Of a DNA stretch of 54,088 bases, positions 39,479-50,822 are shown piece by piece. The stretch is from Candidatus Eiseniibacteriota bacterium (GTDB lineage Bacteria; Orphanbacterota; Orphanbacteria; Orphanbacterales; Orphanbacteraceae): assembly GCA_043809585.1 (NCBI GenBank), contig JBDROZ010000104.1, positions 1 through 54,088 of the forward strand, given 5' to 3'. Position 1 is the stretch's first letter. Every line of letters begins with the position of its first letter. The position numbers were made by a program, and so were the translations under genes. The notes below the pieces were generated by a model. It saw only the letters and a program-made list of their open reading frames with translations, was not told the DNA's origin and did not search any database.

Positions 39479-40015
39479 ATGAATCGGGCGCGATTGGTCG
39501 TCGGCGGGATCGTCCTCGCGGCCGGCTTCTGGATCTCGACGGGGTCCTCCGCCCAGATCGTCCTCCGGGGTGCGGTCCTCGGGACGGGGGGATCCGATGC
39601 GTCGGCGGGCGATGTCCGGGCGCGGGCGACCCTCGGCCAGGCCGCGGCGGGGTTCGCCGCGGGGGGGGAATACGACGCGCGCATCGGTTTTTGGTACCTC
39701 CTGACGCCGACGATCCCGACCGGGGTCGAGGAGTACGAAGATGCGCCCCCGGCCGTCTTTCGTCTCGAGAAGAACCGGCCGAATCCGTTCAACCCGACCA
39801 CGACGATCCCCTTCTCGATCGCGAAAGAGGGGCGGGTGAGCCTCAAGGTGTACGACCTCTCGGGGCGGGAGGTGGCGACGCTGGTCGACCGGGAGCTCCC
39901 GGCGGGGAGCCACGAGGTAGTCCTCCGGGCGGACCGGCTCGCGAGCGGGGTCTACTTCTACCGGCTCCGGTCCGGGAGGGAAGAGGGGACCGGGCGGATG
40001 GTGCTGATCCGGTAG
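39479..40015 (+). CDS. Small secreted protein with C-terminal FlgD-Ig/T9SS-like sorting domain
   Basis: Signal peptide; GG...ATLGQ...GGEY...IGFW motif; [10 protein letters not shown]...VYDLSGREV...SGVYFY. Start 1 nt after the upstream stop. Confidence 0.8.
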   Translation: MNRARLVVGGIVLAAGFWISTGSSAQIVLRGAVLGTGGSDASAGDVRARATLGQAAAGFAAGGEYDARIGFWYLLTPTIPTGVEEYEDAPPAVFRLEKNRPNPFNPTTTIPFSIAKEGRVSLKVYDLSGREVATLVDRELPAGSHEVVLRADRLASGVYFYRLRSGREEGTGRMVLIR

Positions 40016-40114
40016 GCGCCTCTCGAAAGAAGGAATCTTGCGACGGGCCGGTGTCCTCACGGGGCGCCGGCCCTCGTTTGTTTGCGGCCCAGGTCGTTCC
40101 GTCTGTCGTGCGCC

Positions 40115-42460
40115 CTACCGCCCCGCGGCGGCCGCGGCGTCGGCCAGACGTTTCCGGCGCTCTTTCCGCTCATCGACGAACCGCGCGATCCCTTTCTTGA
40201 TCCAGGCGGGGGAGATCCGGGCCTCCTCGCACACTTCCTCGAGGGTTCCCCCCGTCCGCCACCGGTCGTCCCAGTCGGACGCGATTGCGTACTCCTCGGC
40301 AATCTTGTGGGGGAGCCAGGCGAAGGAGAGCATGCGGGAGCGGTTGCTGATCACCGTGGAGTCGATCCACTCGCTCATCGGCAGGATCTTCTCCCGGTAC
40401 GCCTCCGGTTGGGCGTCGAAAAGTTCCCGGGAGATGGTGGCGACCACCTTCACGTTCCATCCTTCCCGGTCGAAGTCGGGGAGCACCTCGAGGAGGTTCG
40501 CCGTGGACGTGGTTCCCTGCACGAGGAGAACGCCCATCCTCTCCTCCCCTTCCCGGTACGGCCGGATCACGTAGGCCCCCCGCGCCGCCTCGAAGTGGGA
40601 GGCCATCCCGATCCCCTCCCGGTCCGGGATCGTCACCGGCGGGCGGGTCAGGTGGAGGGCGATGATCGGCCAGGGCCCCCTCATCGCTTCGGCGAGCACC
40701 ACCGGCACCTCGTTGTACTCCCAGGGGTGGAGGTTCAGCACCTTCCCCCGGGGAAACAGGTCGGTCACGCCGGGGGCGAAGATGCCGAAGTGCGTGCGGG
40801 AGTCGTCGGCAGTCTCCGGCCCGGAATGGCCCGCCACCCAGAGCACCTTGCCCACCTTCAGCTCGCAATCCTGCGCGAGCTGGCTGAAGAGACGCATGGG
40901 TCCGTATTTCAGATAGGAGAACGAACCGTACGTCGAGCAGGCGCCGTAGAACCCGAGAAACTCCTTCTCCGGCTTCTTCGAGAAGTTCACCGTCGCCAGG
41001 CCGACCATGAGACCGGCGTTGCCGAATTCGGTGATCTCCTGGGGGAGGAGGGCGCCCTCCGGGTTCCCCTCACGGGAGTACCAGCCGTAACCCTCCTCAC
41101 CGCCGAAGCCCTTCGCGAAGCCGCTGATGTTCGTCGAGTCCGCGAGATCGGCGCTGCAGGCGATGAAGAGGGGGCGCCCGTACTCCTTTTTGCAGCGGCC
41201 GTTCACGAACGCGCCCCAGCTCGCGAGGGCGGCCCGGTTCGGCCTCTCTTCTCCCGGCTTCGCCCAGATCTCGTTCGGGTACTTCCGGGCGTCGAGGATG
41301 ATCTCGTCCCGGACCGGGTTCTTTCCCCCGCCGAGACGGAAGCCGGGAACGTCGCCGGGGACCGAGTCGCCGATCTCGACGAGCCGGTCCGAGAGGTAGG
41401 TGAGGAGCTTCGGGTTCTTCCGGATCACGTCGAAGACCCGGTGGTAATTCGTCTCCACCTGGGCCCGCTGCTCCTCCCGATCCTCCGGCAGCGGCTTCCC
41501 GAATCCCTCGAAAACGACGCCGTACTTTTCGGCGAAGGCCGCCTTGGTCTGCCAGTAGAGATCGGAGTTCGCCTTGTGGGGCGCGCCGTGGGAGGCGTTG
41601 TCGTACTTGAGATAGCCCCGTCCCTTCCGGGTCTTCACCCAGACGACGCCCGGCCGGGTCGGGTTCTCTTCGCCGTGGACGATCTCGAGGAGGGCCCGCG
41701 TCACCGGACCCCACTCGCTCCCCCGCTCGGCCCCCGCGACCCGCCACCCGTAGGCGCCGAACCACTCCGCGGGCGTGCCGTGAACCACCGACGAGACGGC
41801 GTGGTCGTCGATGCCGAAGTCGTTCCAGTCGATCACGTAGACCAGATTGCCGAGCCCGAGGCCCCACGCCGTGTTCTTCGTCTCGTGGCTCGCGCCGGCG
41901 GTGTGCCCCCCCTCCCCCTCGAAGGCGAAGACGCGGACACCTTCCGCGCCCGCCCGCTTGAGGGCGAAGGCCTCCCCGGCGGCCGGCGGCGATCCGTGGC
42001 CCGACGGTCCGGTGTTGAACTTGAGGAAGAGGGTCCGCCCCTCCATCTCGGCGTGGCCGGCGAGCCCGCCCCTCCGCCGGAAACCGAGGAGATGCTCGAC
42101 GAAGAGGGCCCGCTCCTCCTCGTTCGGAACGCGGTAGCGCCCGTCGCCGGTCTCCCGGAAACGGGCCCGGAGGGTCTCGTGGAAGAGGGCCAGGGTCGCG
42201 TAGATCAGGGGAACCGTATGCCCCGCGACCAACACGAACCGGTCGCCGAAGGGGGCCTCGGGCCGCCGGATGTCCCAGCGCATCACTCCGCCGAGAAGGG
42301 TGGCGAGGAGGGCGTGCGCCTTGGACCGGGACCCGCCCGGGTGGCCGCTCTGCCGCCAGTTCAGCATCATGTCGATGAACTGGTCGACACAGTCTTTCAC
42401 GACCTCCCATTTTTCGAAGTGCGGTTCGAGCCGCCCGTACCGTTCGTCGATCGAACTCAT
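40115..42460 (-). CDS. Transketolase-family ThDP enzyme (long, divergent type)
   Basis: SGHPGGS, GHAE, TGPSGHG, GEGG...DWN ThDP-motif variant, SADLADST, HSGPETADDSRTH. Confidence 0.8.
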   Translation of the reverse strand: MSSIDERYGRLEPHFEKWEVVKDCVDQFIDMMLNWRQSGHPGGSRSKAHALLATLLGGVMRWDIRRPEAPFGDRFVLVAGHTVPLIYATLALFHETLRARFRETGDGRYRVPNEEERALFVEHLLGFRRRGGLAGHAEMEGRTLFLKFNTGPSGHGSPPAAGEAFALKRAGAEGVRVFAFEGEGGHTAGASHETKNTAWGLGLGNLVYVIDWNDFGIDDHAVSSVVHGTPAEWFGAYGWRVAGAERGSEWGPVTRALLEIVHGEENPTRPGVVWVKTRKGRGYLKYDNASHGAPHKANSDLYWQTKAAFAEKYGVVFEGFGKPLPEDREEQRAQVETNYHRVFDVIRKNPKLLTYLSDRLVEIGDSVPGDVPGFRLGGGKNPVRDEIILDARKYPNEIWAKPGEERPNRAALASWGAFVNGRCKKEYGRPLFIACSADLADSTNISGFAKGFGGEEGYGWYSREGNPEGALLPQEITEFGNAGLMVGLATVNFSKKPEKEFLGFYGACSTYGSFSYLKYGPMRLFSQLAQDCELKVGKVLWVAGHSGPETADDSRTHFGIFAPGVTDLFPRGKVLNLHPWEYNEVPVVLAEAMRGPWPIIALHLTRPPVTIPDREGIGMASHFEAARGAYVIRPYREGEERMGVLLVQGTTSTANLLEVLPDFDREGWNVKVVATISRELFDAQPEAYREKILPMSEWIDSTVISNRSRMLSFAWLPHKIAEEYAIASDWDDRWRTGGTLEEVCEEARISPAWIKKGIARFVDERKERRKRLADAAAAAGR

Positions 42461-42712
42461 GAATGAACCCCCGCGAGGTGTATGGATGGATCGCGATGTT
42501 CGGGAAAGAGAATCAGGCCGATCGTACACGACCGGCCCTCGGCGCTCAAGGGGCGGGGTGCCCCCGGCGCATGGATCCCCCCGGCTCGGGGGATGGGGAA
42601 TCCCCGGCCGTGGGTCTCATCCGGCCGGCGCGTGACGACTGTTTGAGCAAGCCGCCCTGACCCCCCGGCTCCCGCCTACCGGAATCAAGGCCGCAGTCTT
42701 GCGGAATCAAGC

Positions 42713-44134
42713 CTACCGCTTCATCGCTTCCAGGGCCGCCTGGATCCCCGCGTCGAGGGCCTTCTCGTTCATGGGGAGCAGTCTCTTCCTGCGGATGTGG
42801 AGCCGGAGCGCTTCGAGCGCCTCGTCCCGTGTGAAAAGCCCGGAAGCGCCGATGTACGCGCCGAGCATCACCACGTTCGCCACCCGAGCATTCCCGATCT
42901 CGTCGGCGATCTTCGTCGCCGGAATCGGATACCCCTCGAGGCGCGCCGGGATCTCGATCCCTTCGATGAGGGAGGAGTCGTAGAGGAGCGCGCCGCCGTC
43001 GACGACGTCGTCCACGAACTTCTCGTACGAAGGCCGGTTCATGGCGATCAGTATGTTCGGCCGGGAGACCATGGGGCTCCCGATCCGCTTCGACGAAACG
43101 ACCACATGGCAATTCGCCGTGCCCCCCCGCATCTCCGGACCGTACGACGGGAGCCAGGTCACGTGGTGGCCCGCCTGCATGCCCGCATCGGCGAGCACCT
43201 CGCCGAGGAAGAGGATCCCCTGGCCGCCGAATCCCGCGACTTTCATGTCGACGGAACGTTCCAGAGCGCTGTCCACGGGGGTGGCCGCCGGAGCGCCGCT
43301 GTCCAAGGCGAGGGCGTCGTGAACCGTTTCGCACACGGGCTCCTCCCGCTCGGGGATCGGCTCGTCGCTCCGGTCCCGGAAGACGCCGAGGGGAAAGACG
43401 GGCAGCATGTTCTCCTCGATCCACTTCCTCGAATCGACGGCGTTCAGCTTCCACCCCGTCGGGCAGGGAGAGAGGATCTCGACAAGGGAGAATCCCCGGC
43501 CCTCGACCTGCATCCGGATCGCCTTCTTGATCGCCTTGCGCGCCTTCGTCACGGTCTTCGGGTCGATGAGGGCGACCCGCTCGAGATAGACCGGCGCTTC
43601 GAGCTGGGAGAGCAGTTCGCACACCCGCATGGGGTAGCCCTCGTTCCGGACCGTGCGCCCCCGGGGAGTCGTGGAACTGCGCTGGCCGATCAGGGTCGTG
43701 GGCGCCATCTGGCCGCCGGTCATTCCGTAGATCGCGTTGTTCACGAAGAAGACGGTGATGCCCTCGCCCCGGTTCGCGGCCTGGAGGATGTTGTTCCCGC
43801 CGATCGCCGCGAGGTCGCCGTCCCCCTGATAGGAGATGACGATCGAGTGGGGCTGCGCCCGCTTCACGCCCGTCGCCGCGGCGGGGGCGCGCCCGTGGGC
43901 CGCCTGGATATGACCGAAGTTGAAGTAGTAGTAGGCGAAGACGCTGCATCCGACGGGGCTCATCATGATGGTGCGCTCCGCCACGCCGAGCTCGTCGATC
44001 GCTTCGCCGATCATCTTGTGGGCGTTCCCGTGGCCGCATCCCGGGCAGTAGTGGGTGTGGTCCTTGTCGGCGCCCGGCTTGTACTTGTACTCCTCGAGGA
44101 TGCTCACGGCCTTTTCCTTCACGACCCTGTCCAT
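42713..44134 (-). CDS. 2-oxoacid:ferredoxin oxidoreductase, fused beta-gamma subunit
   Basis: YCPGCGH, HGRAPA, GDGD...NNAIYGMTGGQ, SPCPT (beta) followed by AGFGGQG, SYGPEMRGGTA (gamma). Confidence 0.9.
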   Translation of the reverse strand: MDRVVKEKAVSILEEYKYKPGADKDHTHYCPGCGHGNAHKMIGEAIDELGVAERTIMMSPVGCSVFAYYYFNFGHIQAAHGRAPAAATGVKRAQPHSIVISYQGDGDLAAIGGNNILQAANRGEGITVFFVNNAIYGMTGGQMAPTTLIGQRSSTTPRGRTVRNEGYPMRVCELLSQLEAPVYLERVALIDPKTVTKARKAIKKAIRMQVEGRGFSLVEILSPCPTGWKLNAVDSRKWIEENMLPVFPLGVFRDRSDEPIPEREEPVCETVHDALALDSGAPAATPVDSALERSVDMKVAGFGGQGILFLGEVLADAGMQAGHHVTWLPSYGPEMRGGTANCHVVVSSKRIGSPMVSRPNILIAMNRPSYEKFVDDVVDGGALLYDSSLIEGIEIPARLEGYPIPATKIADEIGNARVANVVMLGAYIGASGLFTRDEALEALRLHIRRKRLLPMNEKALDAGIQAALEAMKR

Positions 44135-45186
44135 CACGCCACCCCCTCCCGAACCTGGAGCACGTCGACCAGGTCCTCCGAACTCGGCACCATGCCGCCG
44201 GTGCGCCGGAAGAGCCGGACCGGCTTCCTCCCCTCTACCGCGAGGCGCACGTCTTCGATCAACTGTCCCGTGGAGAGCTCCGCGACAATGAACTCCTCCG
44301 CCTGGGGCACCCGGTTCCGGATCGCCTCGGTCGGGAAGGGCCAGAGCGTGATGGGCCGGATCATGCCGACCTTGATCCCCTTCTCCCGGGCGATGTCGAC
44401 CGCGGAGAGGATGATGCGGGACATGACGCCGTAGCCGACGACAATGATCTCCGCGTCGTCGATGCGGTACTCCTCGAAGCGCTTTTCCGCCCCTTCGATC
44501 CTCTGGTATTTTCGGAAGAGGTGTTCCACGTGGGCCTCGAGCTCCTCCGCGGAGATGTGAATCGAGCTGATCAGGTTCCCCTGGGTCTTCGCCGTCCCGT
44601 CCACGGCCCACGGCTTTTCGGGGGGCACGATCGTCCTCTCCTCGAGATCCACGGGCTCCATCATCTGGCCGATGAAGCCGTCGGTCAGGATCACGGCCGG
44701 ATTGCGGTACTTGTCGGCGAGTTCGAAGGCGAGGATCGTCAGGTCGCACATCTCCTGGGCGCAGTTCGGAGCGAGCACGATGTTCCGATAGTTTCCGTGC
44801 CCTCCCCCCTTGACCATCTGGAAGTAGTCCCCTTGCTCGGGGGCGATGTTTCCGAGCCCGGGCCCGCCGCGCATCACGTCGATCACGACGACGGGCAGCT
44901 CCGAACCGGCGCAGTAGGAGATCCCCTCCTGCTTGAGGCTGATTCCGGGCGACGAAGAGGCGGTCATGGTCCGAATCCCCGTCGACGCGGCGCCGTACAC
45001 CATGTTGATCGCCGCCACTTCGCTCTCGGCCTGGAGGAACGCCCGCCCGAGGCGGGGGAACAGATCCGCGGCCGCCTCGGCGATCTCGCTCGCCGGCGTG
45101 ATCGGGTAGCCGAAGTAGGCGCGGCAATCGGCGAGGATCGCGCCCATGATCACGGCCACGTTCCCTTTCATGAGTTTGCGCGCCAT
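44134..45186 (-). CDS. vorB: 2-oxoacid:ferredoxin oxidoreductase alpha subunit (2-ketoisovalerate/VorB type)
   Basis: [44 protein letters not shown]. Confidence 0.88.
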   Translation of the reverse strand: MARKLMKGNVAVIMGAILADCRAYFGYPITPASEIAEAAADLFPRLGRAFLQAESEVAAINMVYGAASTGIRTMTASSSPGISLKQEGISYCAGSELPVVVIDVMRGGPGLGNIAPEQGDYFQMVKGGGHGNYRNIVLAPNCAQEMCDLTILAFELADKYRNPAVILTDGFIGQMMEPVDLEERTIVPPEKPWAVDGTAKTQGNLISSIHISAEELEAHVEHLFRKYQRIEGAEKRFEEYRIDDAEIIVVGYGVMSRIILSAVDIAREKGIKVGMIRPITLWPFPTEAIRNRVPQAEEFIVAELSTGQLIEDVRLAVEGRKPVRLFRRTGGMVPSSEDLVDVLQVREGVA

Positions 45187-45452
45187 CAGCTCTCCCCCTT
45201 CTTCTTCTCGGGCTTGAAGACGCGAATGGCGTTCGGCTCGGGGCAGGCGTAGAAACAGATCCCGCAGCCGGTGCATTTCACGTTCAAAGGTTTCGCAGGG
45301 TGAAAGCCCATGCGGTTCAGGTGTGGAGCGATCTCGATGTCCTGCTGCGGGCAATCCTCCACGCAGAGGAAGCAGCCCTTGCAGTGATCCTCCGATATCT
45401 CGATCCACCCCTTCGTGCTCTTCACGGTTTCCGTGCTCATGATTGGAGTCAC
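45186..45452 (-). CDS. 2[4Fe-4S] ferredoxin (delta subunit)
   Basis: [12 protein letters not shown] and [12 protein letters not shown]; start may be the ATG at 45440. Confidence 0.92.
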   Translation of the reverse strand: MTPIMSTETVKSTKGWIEISEDHCKGCFLCVEDCPQQDIEIAPHLNRMGFHPAKPLNVKCTGCGICFYACPEPNAIRVFKPEKKKGES

Positions 45453-45534
45453 TTTCTCCGCCCCTCGGGGAGGGCGGACTGGGGTCCGATCCGAATGAAT
45501 CTGCGGGCCCGGGTAAGGCCGTCACAATTATATC

Positions 45535-45550
45535 GCAATCACCGTGCCAA
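45535..45550 (-). promoter_or_regulatory. Sigma-54 (-24/-12) promoter of the oxidoreductase operon
   Basis: TTGGCAC-GGTGA-TTGC; lies directly downstream of an NtrC-family gene. Confidence 0.8.
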
Positions 45551-45683
45551 GATCCGGTCCGTTTCGGGACTTCTAACGGATTATAGCAAAAAGGGTTAGG
45601 GCTCGCACACGATTCGGTCCCGCCGGTGACTGACAGGATGGCCCCGGCCGGCGGAGCGGGGCGGGACATATTGACAAGAGCCC

Positions 45684-47072
45684 TCAAACCCCGCCCTTCC
45701 CGGACGGCGGGTCGGGGGGATTCTCCAGCTTCCGGTAGATCGTGCGGGCCGCGATGCCGAGCAGCCGGGCGGCGAGTTCCTTGTTTCCCTGGGTGCGCCG
45801 GAGCGTCTCGGTGATGATCTTGTGCTCCGCCTCGGCCATGGTCATCCCGAGGGGGATCCGGATCATGCTCTCCTCTCCCCTTCCCTCGTGGAGGGCGGAG
45901 GGGAGGTCTTCGATCTGGATCTGGCTCTGCCTCCCGAGAACCACCGCCCGCTCGATCACGTTTTCGAGCTCCCGCACGTTGCCCGGCCACGAGTATTTCA
46001 TGAACCGGTCGAGCACTTTCTTGGCGATCCCCTCGATCGACTTTCCGTTTCTCTGGTTGTAGATACACAGAAAATGTTCCGCGAGAAGGGGGATGTCCTC
46101 GGGCCGGTCCCGAAGGGGCGGGATGTGGATCGTGATGACGTTCAGCCGGTAGTAAAGATCTTTCCGGAAGCGCTTCTCCCGAATCCCCTCCTCCAGGTTC
46201 ATGTTGGTCGCGGCGATGAGCCGAACGTCGACCCGGAGCGTCTGGGTGCCCCCCACCCGCTCGAACTCCCCCTCCTGCAGCACCCGGAGCAGTTTGACCT
46301 GGGTGGCGGGGGACATTTCGCCGATCTCGTCGAGGAAAAGGGTGCCTCCGTCGGCGAGCTCGAACCGTCCCTTCCTCTGTCCCACGGCCCCGGTGAACGC
46401 TCCCCTCTCGTGGCCGAAGAGCTCCGCCTCGAGGAGGGTGTCGGGAATGGCGGCGCAGTTCACCTTGATGAAGGGGTAGTCCTTCCGATGGCTGGCGTGG
46501 TGGACGATGTTGGCGATCACTTCCTTGCCCGTGCCGCTCTCCCCCTCGATGAGCACCGACGCGCTCGACGGCGCGACCTGCTCCGCAACCTCGAGGGTCT
46601 TCTTCATGGAGAGAGAGACGCCGATCGGGCGCGGAACCTTCTCCATCGTTCGGAGACGCTCCCGGAGCTCCCGGTTCTCGCTGGCGAGGGCCTGCCGCTC
46701 GAGGGCCTTCTCGATCGACTTCAGGATCAGGTGCTTCTTGATCGGCTTCTGTATGAAGTCGTACGCGCCGTCCTTCATCGCACGCACCGCGTCGTCCACG
46801 GTGCCGTAGCCGGTGATCATGAGAACTTCCGTCTCGGGGGAGGCGATCTTGAGCATCTTGAGAAGGTCGAGGCCGTCGATGTCGGGCAGCTTGAGATCGC
46901 AAAGGGCGACGCGGAAGCGGGCCGTTCGGACCCGGGCCATCGCCTCCTTGCCGTCGGCGGCGGTTTCGACTTCGAAACCCTCGCGGGTGAGAAGCTTCTG
47001 GAAGGACTGGCGGATTTCCGCTTCGTCGTCGATGACGAGGACCGATTCTCTGGGGGTGTCGGCCAAGGTCAC
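45684..47072 (-). CDS. Sigma-54-dependent response regulator (NtrC/AtoC family)
   Basis: REC (IDDE, DLKLP, ITG, KP), [22 protein letters not shown], Fis HTH; GTG start. Confidence 0.95.
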   Translation of the reverse strand: MTLADTPRESVLVIDDEAEIRQSFQKLLTREGFEVETAADGKEAMARVRTARFRVALCDLKLPDIDGLDLLKMLKIASPETEVLMITGYGTVDDAVRAMKDGAYDFIQKPIKKHLILKSIEKALERQALASENRELRERLRTMEKVPRPIGVSLSMKKTLEVAEQVAPSSASVLIEGESGTGKEVIANIVHHASHRKDYPFIKVNCAAIPDTLLEAELFGHERGAFTGAVGQRKGRFELADGGTLFLDEIGEMSPATQVKLLRVLQEGEFERVGGTQTLRVDVRLIAATNMNLEEGIREKRFRKDLYYRLNVITIHIPPLRDRPEDIPLLAEHFLCIYNQRNGKSIEGIAKKVLDRFMKYSWPGNVRELENVIERAVVLGRQSQIQIEDLPSALHEGRGEESMIRIPLGMTMAEAEHKIITETLRRTQGNKELAARLLGIAARTIYRKLENPPDPPSGKGGV

Positions 47073-47596
47073 GCCTCCCCCGGTGCCGTTTCGATGGTCA
47101 CGATCGGCGCCCGGGCGTCGACCCGGTCGCCGGGCGCGACGTGGACCGCCGAGATCCGCCCGTCCCGGTCGGCGAGGAGTTCGTTTTGCATCTTCATCGC
47201 CTCCACCACCGCCACCGGTTCCCCCTCCTTGACCTCGTCCCCCTTCGCCGCGGCGAGCTTGATCACGAGGCCGGGCATGGGGGAACGGAGCACGGAGGGC
47301 CCGGAGGCGCGCTCCTTCTCGCGGCGCTCGGCCGCCCGCTCCTCGAGCTCGTTCCGGACCGTGACGTCCAGGTAACGGCCGTGGACGCGGGCGTTCCAGT
47401 GGTTCCCCCGGTCGCCCCGGGAGGTCTCGATCACGTGGGACTCGCCTTCGATCAGCAGGGAAAGAAAGAGCCCGTCGGCGACGAACGCCGAATCCACGCG
47501 AAGCCACTCGCCGTTCATCTTGATCCGGAAACCGGACTCGGTCTCCTCGATCTCGACCTCCTTCTTTTCGTCCTCGACGGTGGCGAAATAACGCAT
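47069..47596 (-). CDS. Biotin carboxyl carrier protein of an acyl-CoA carboxylase
   Basis: SPMPG and EAMKMQNE biotinylation motif. Confidence 0.92.
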   Translation of the reverse strand: MRYFATVEDEKKEVEIEETESGFRIKMNGEWLRVDSAFVADGLFLSLLIEGESHVIETSRGDRGNHWNARVHGRYLDVTVRNELEERAAERREKERASGPSVLRSPMPGLVIKLAAAKGDEVKEGEPVAVVEAMKMQNELLADRDGRISAVHVAPGDRVDARAPIVTIETAPGEA

Positions 47597-47612
47597 CGTT
47601 CCTCCCGGCCTC

Positions 47613-49109
47613 TCAGTCCCCCTGCACGCCTTCCCGGCGGGCGGCCCACTTCCAAGGCCCCCGGGCGGGGCCGTCTTCGATCACCATCCGGTCCCGGTCG
47701 AGGTAGGCGCGGATGACGCCGGCCACGCGCGCCACGTCCCGCGCCCACTCCCGGGGTTTCAGATCCTCCGCCCGGAAGTCGTCGTCGATGAAATGAGTGT
47801 CGTAGTTCCCCTCCTGAAAGCGCTTCCGCTTCAGCGCCCACAGGTGGAAGGGAAGGTTGTGGCGGATTCCCTTGATCGCGTACTCGCCGAGAGCGCGCCT
47901 CGCCCGGGCGATGCAGAGATCCCGATTCTCCGCCCACACCGAGAGCTTCGCCAGGAGCGGGTCGTAGAGGACCGGGACCTGGTATCCGGCGTAGATGCCG
48001 CAGTCGTTCCGCACCCCCGGCCCCTCGGGCAGGTTCAGCCGGAGCACCTTGCCGGCCGAGGGTAGGAACTTCTGGAGCGGGTCCTCGGCGTACACCCGGA
48101 ACTCCATGGAGTGGCCCCGGAAGGAGATCTCCTCCTGCTTCCGGCCGAGACGCTCCCCCGCCGCGATGCGCACCTGCTCCCGGACGAGGTCGATGCCGGT
48201 GGTCATTTCGGTCACCGGGTGCTCCACCTGGAGGCGCGTGTTCATCTCGAGGAAGTAGAACTTCCGGTCCCGGCCCATGACGAACTCGACGGTCCCGGCG
48301 CTCTTGTAACGCACCGCTTTCGCCGCCTCCACGGCGGCCCGGCCGAGGCTCTCCCGGAGTCCGGGAGTCACCACCGGGCTCGGGCACTCCTCGATCACCT
48401 TCTGGAAGCGGCGCTGAACCGAACACTCCCGCTCGCCGAGGTGAATCACGTCGCCGTAGTCGTCGCCGAGAACCTGCACCTCGATGTGCCGGGGCCCTTC
48501 GATGTACTTCTCCAGAAACACCGTGCCGTCGCCGAAGGCCTTCTCCGCCTCCGACTTCGTCCTCTCTACGGCGCCGGCGAGCTCTTTCTGCTCCCGCACG
48601 ATGCGCATTCCCTTCCCCCCCCCCCCCGCGGCCGCCTTCAAGATGACCGGGAACCCCATCGATTCCGCCTGGAGGACGGCCTCCTTCGGGTCCTCGATGG
48701 GCTCCCCCGTTCCGGGGATGACGGGAACCCCCCGCTCCACCATCCGCCGCCGGGCGGCGACCTTGTTCCCCATGATCTCCATCGCCTCGGGACCCGGCCC
48801 GATGAAGACGATTCCCGCCGCCGCCAAGGCCCGGGCGAAGGCGGGGTTCTCGGAGAGGAACCCGTAGCCGGGATGGACGGCGTCGGCGCCGCACTTCGCG
48901 GCGATCCCCACGACCCGGCGGATGTCGAGATAGCTCTCGGAGGAGGGGGGCGGGCCGCACAGGTACGCCTCGTCCGCGTGGATCACGTGAAGGGCGGTCC
49001 GGTCCGCCTCGGAGTAGATCGTCGCCGAGCGGATGCCCAGCTCCCGGAGGGACCGGATCACGCGGACCGCGATCTCCCCCCGGTTCGTCACGAGCACTTT
49101 GCGGAACAC
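47613..49109 (-). CDS. accC: Biotin carboxylase subunit (AccC/PccA-like)
   Basis: [48 protein letters not shown]. Confidence 0.93.
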   Translation of the reverse strand: MFRKVLVTNRGEIAVRVIRSLRELGIRSATIYSEADRTALHVIHADEAYLCGPPPSSESYLDIRRVVGIAAKCGADAVHPGYGFLSENPAFARALAAAGIVFIGPGPEAMEIMGNKVAARRRMVERGVPVIPGTGEPIEDPKEAVLQAESMGFPVILKAAAGGGGKGMRIVREQKELAGAVERTKSEAEKAFGDGTVFLEKYIEGPRHIEVQVLGDDYGDVIHLGERECSVQRRFQKVIEECPSPVVTPGLRESLGRAAVEAAKAVRYKSAGTVEFVMGRDRKFYFLEMNTRLQVEHPVTEMTTGIDLVREQVRIAAGERLGRKQEEISFRGHSMEFRVYAEDPLQKFLPSAGKVLRLNLPEGPGVRNDCGIYAGYQVPVLYDPLLAKLSVWAENRDLCIARARRALGEYAIKGIRHNLPFHLWALKRKRFQEGNYDTHFIDDDFRAEDLKPREWARDVARVAGVIRAYLDRDRMVIEDGPARGPWKWAARREGVQGD

Positions 49110-49128
49110 CTGGGGACCCTCCCCCGTG

Positions 49129-50698
49129 CTAGAGCGGGATGTTGCCGTGCTTCTTTCTCGGAATCGTCTGCCTCTTGTTCTGGAGGCTCTCGAGGGCCCG
49201 GATCACCCGGGGCCGGGTCTCGTTCGGTTCGATCACGTCGTCGAGGTAGCCGAGGCCCGCGGCGACGTAAGGGTTCATGAACTTCCGGTTGAACTCGTCG
49301 ATGTACCCCTTCCGCATCCCTTCCCGGTCCTTCTCGTCCGCCCCCTCGATCTCCCTTCGATAGAGGATGTTCACCGCCCCCTCGGCGCCCATGACGGCCA
49401 ACTCCGCGCCGGGCCACGCCACGTTGTAGTCCCCCCGGATGTGCTTGGACGACATGACGTCGTACGCCCCTCCGTACGCCTTCCGGGTCACGACCGTGAT
49501 CTTGGGGACCGTGGCCTCGCAGTAGGCGTAGAGGAGTTTCGCCCCGTTCCGGATGATGCCGCCGTGCTCCTGATCGACCCCGGGAAGGAAGCCGGGCACG
49601 TCCTCGAAGGTGATGAGGGGGATGTTGAAGGCGTCGCAGAAGCGAATGAACCGGGCTCCCTTGATCGACGAATCGATGTCGAGCACGCCGGCGAGAACCT
49701 TCGGCTGGTTCGCCACGACGCCGACGCTCCGGCCGTTCAATCGGGCGAACCCGACGACGATGTTCATGGCGAAGTGGGGATGGACCTCGAAGAACTCGCC
49801 GCCGTCCACGACGAGGCGAATGACGTCGAGAATGTCGTAGGGCGTCATCGGGTTCGCCGGCACCACCGCGTCGAGGGCCTGGTCCTTCCGCCCGGGATCG
49901 TCGTCCGGTTCCTTCCGGGGCGGGTCCTCCAGGTTGTTCGACGGGACGAACGAGAGAAGGCGGCGTATGGAGAGGATGCACTCCTGTTCGTTCTCCGAGA
50001 GGAAGTGGGCGACGCCGCTCTTCTCGTTGTGGGGTCATCGCGCCGCCGAGCTCCTCGGAGGTGACCTCCTCGTTCGTCACCATCTTGATCACGTTCGGGC
50101 CGGTGACGAACATGTAGCTCGTCTTGTCGACCATGAAGGTGAAGTCCGTGATCGCCGGCGAGTAGACGGCGCCGCCCGCGCAGGGGCCCATGATCGCGGA
50201 GATCTGCGGGACCACGCCGGAGGCGAGGGTGTTCCGGAGGAAGATATCGGCGTAGCCCCCGAGGCTCTGGACGCCTTCCTGAATCCGGGCTCCCCCCGAA
50301 TCGTTCAGGCCGACCACGGGCGCGCCGTTCTCGATCGCCAGGTCCATGATGCGGCAGATCTTCTGGGCGTTCGCCTCGGAGAGGGTCCCGCCGAAGACCG
50401 TGAAATCCTGGGCGAAGGCGTACACCAGCCGGCCGTCGATCCGCCCGTACCCCGCGACGACGCCGTCGCCGGTGACCCGTCGCTCTTCCATTCCGAAATC
50501 GGCGCACCGGTGGGTGACGAAGACGCCCGTTTCCTGGAAGGAGCCGGGATCGAAGAGCATCCGGATCCGCTCCCGGGCGGTCATGCGTCCGGCTTTCTGG
50601 ATCTTCGCGATCCTCTCGGGGCCGCCGCCGAGGGCGGCCTCTTCTTTCCGGCGACGGAGATCCTGGATCTTCTCGAACGATCGGCTGTCCTGGTTCAT
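49129..50698 (-). pseudogene. pccB: Acyl-CoA carboxylase carboxyltransferase beta subunit (PccB-like), frameshifted or sequence error
   Basis: N-half in ORF 49088..50698, C-half in ORF 49129..49866; total length 1570 = 3n+1; removing one G from GGGG at 50031-50034 restores [16 protein letters not shown]. Confidence 0.85.
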
Positions 50699-50822
50699 CC
50701 CCCCTCCTCGAGGTGACGGGTTTCCCGCATTGTACCCGCCCCGCCGCCGCCGGACAACCCCGGGGAGTTCGCCCGTCCGGCGTGCTTCCGGAGGGGGAGG
50801 ACGGGGCGTGGAAGGGGGCGGG

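Noticed and set aside
35536-40100. Genomic island integrated at tRNA-Leu (plus-strand block)
   Set aside because: No integrase, no duplicated tRNA 3' end found, and composition is broadly host-like.
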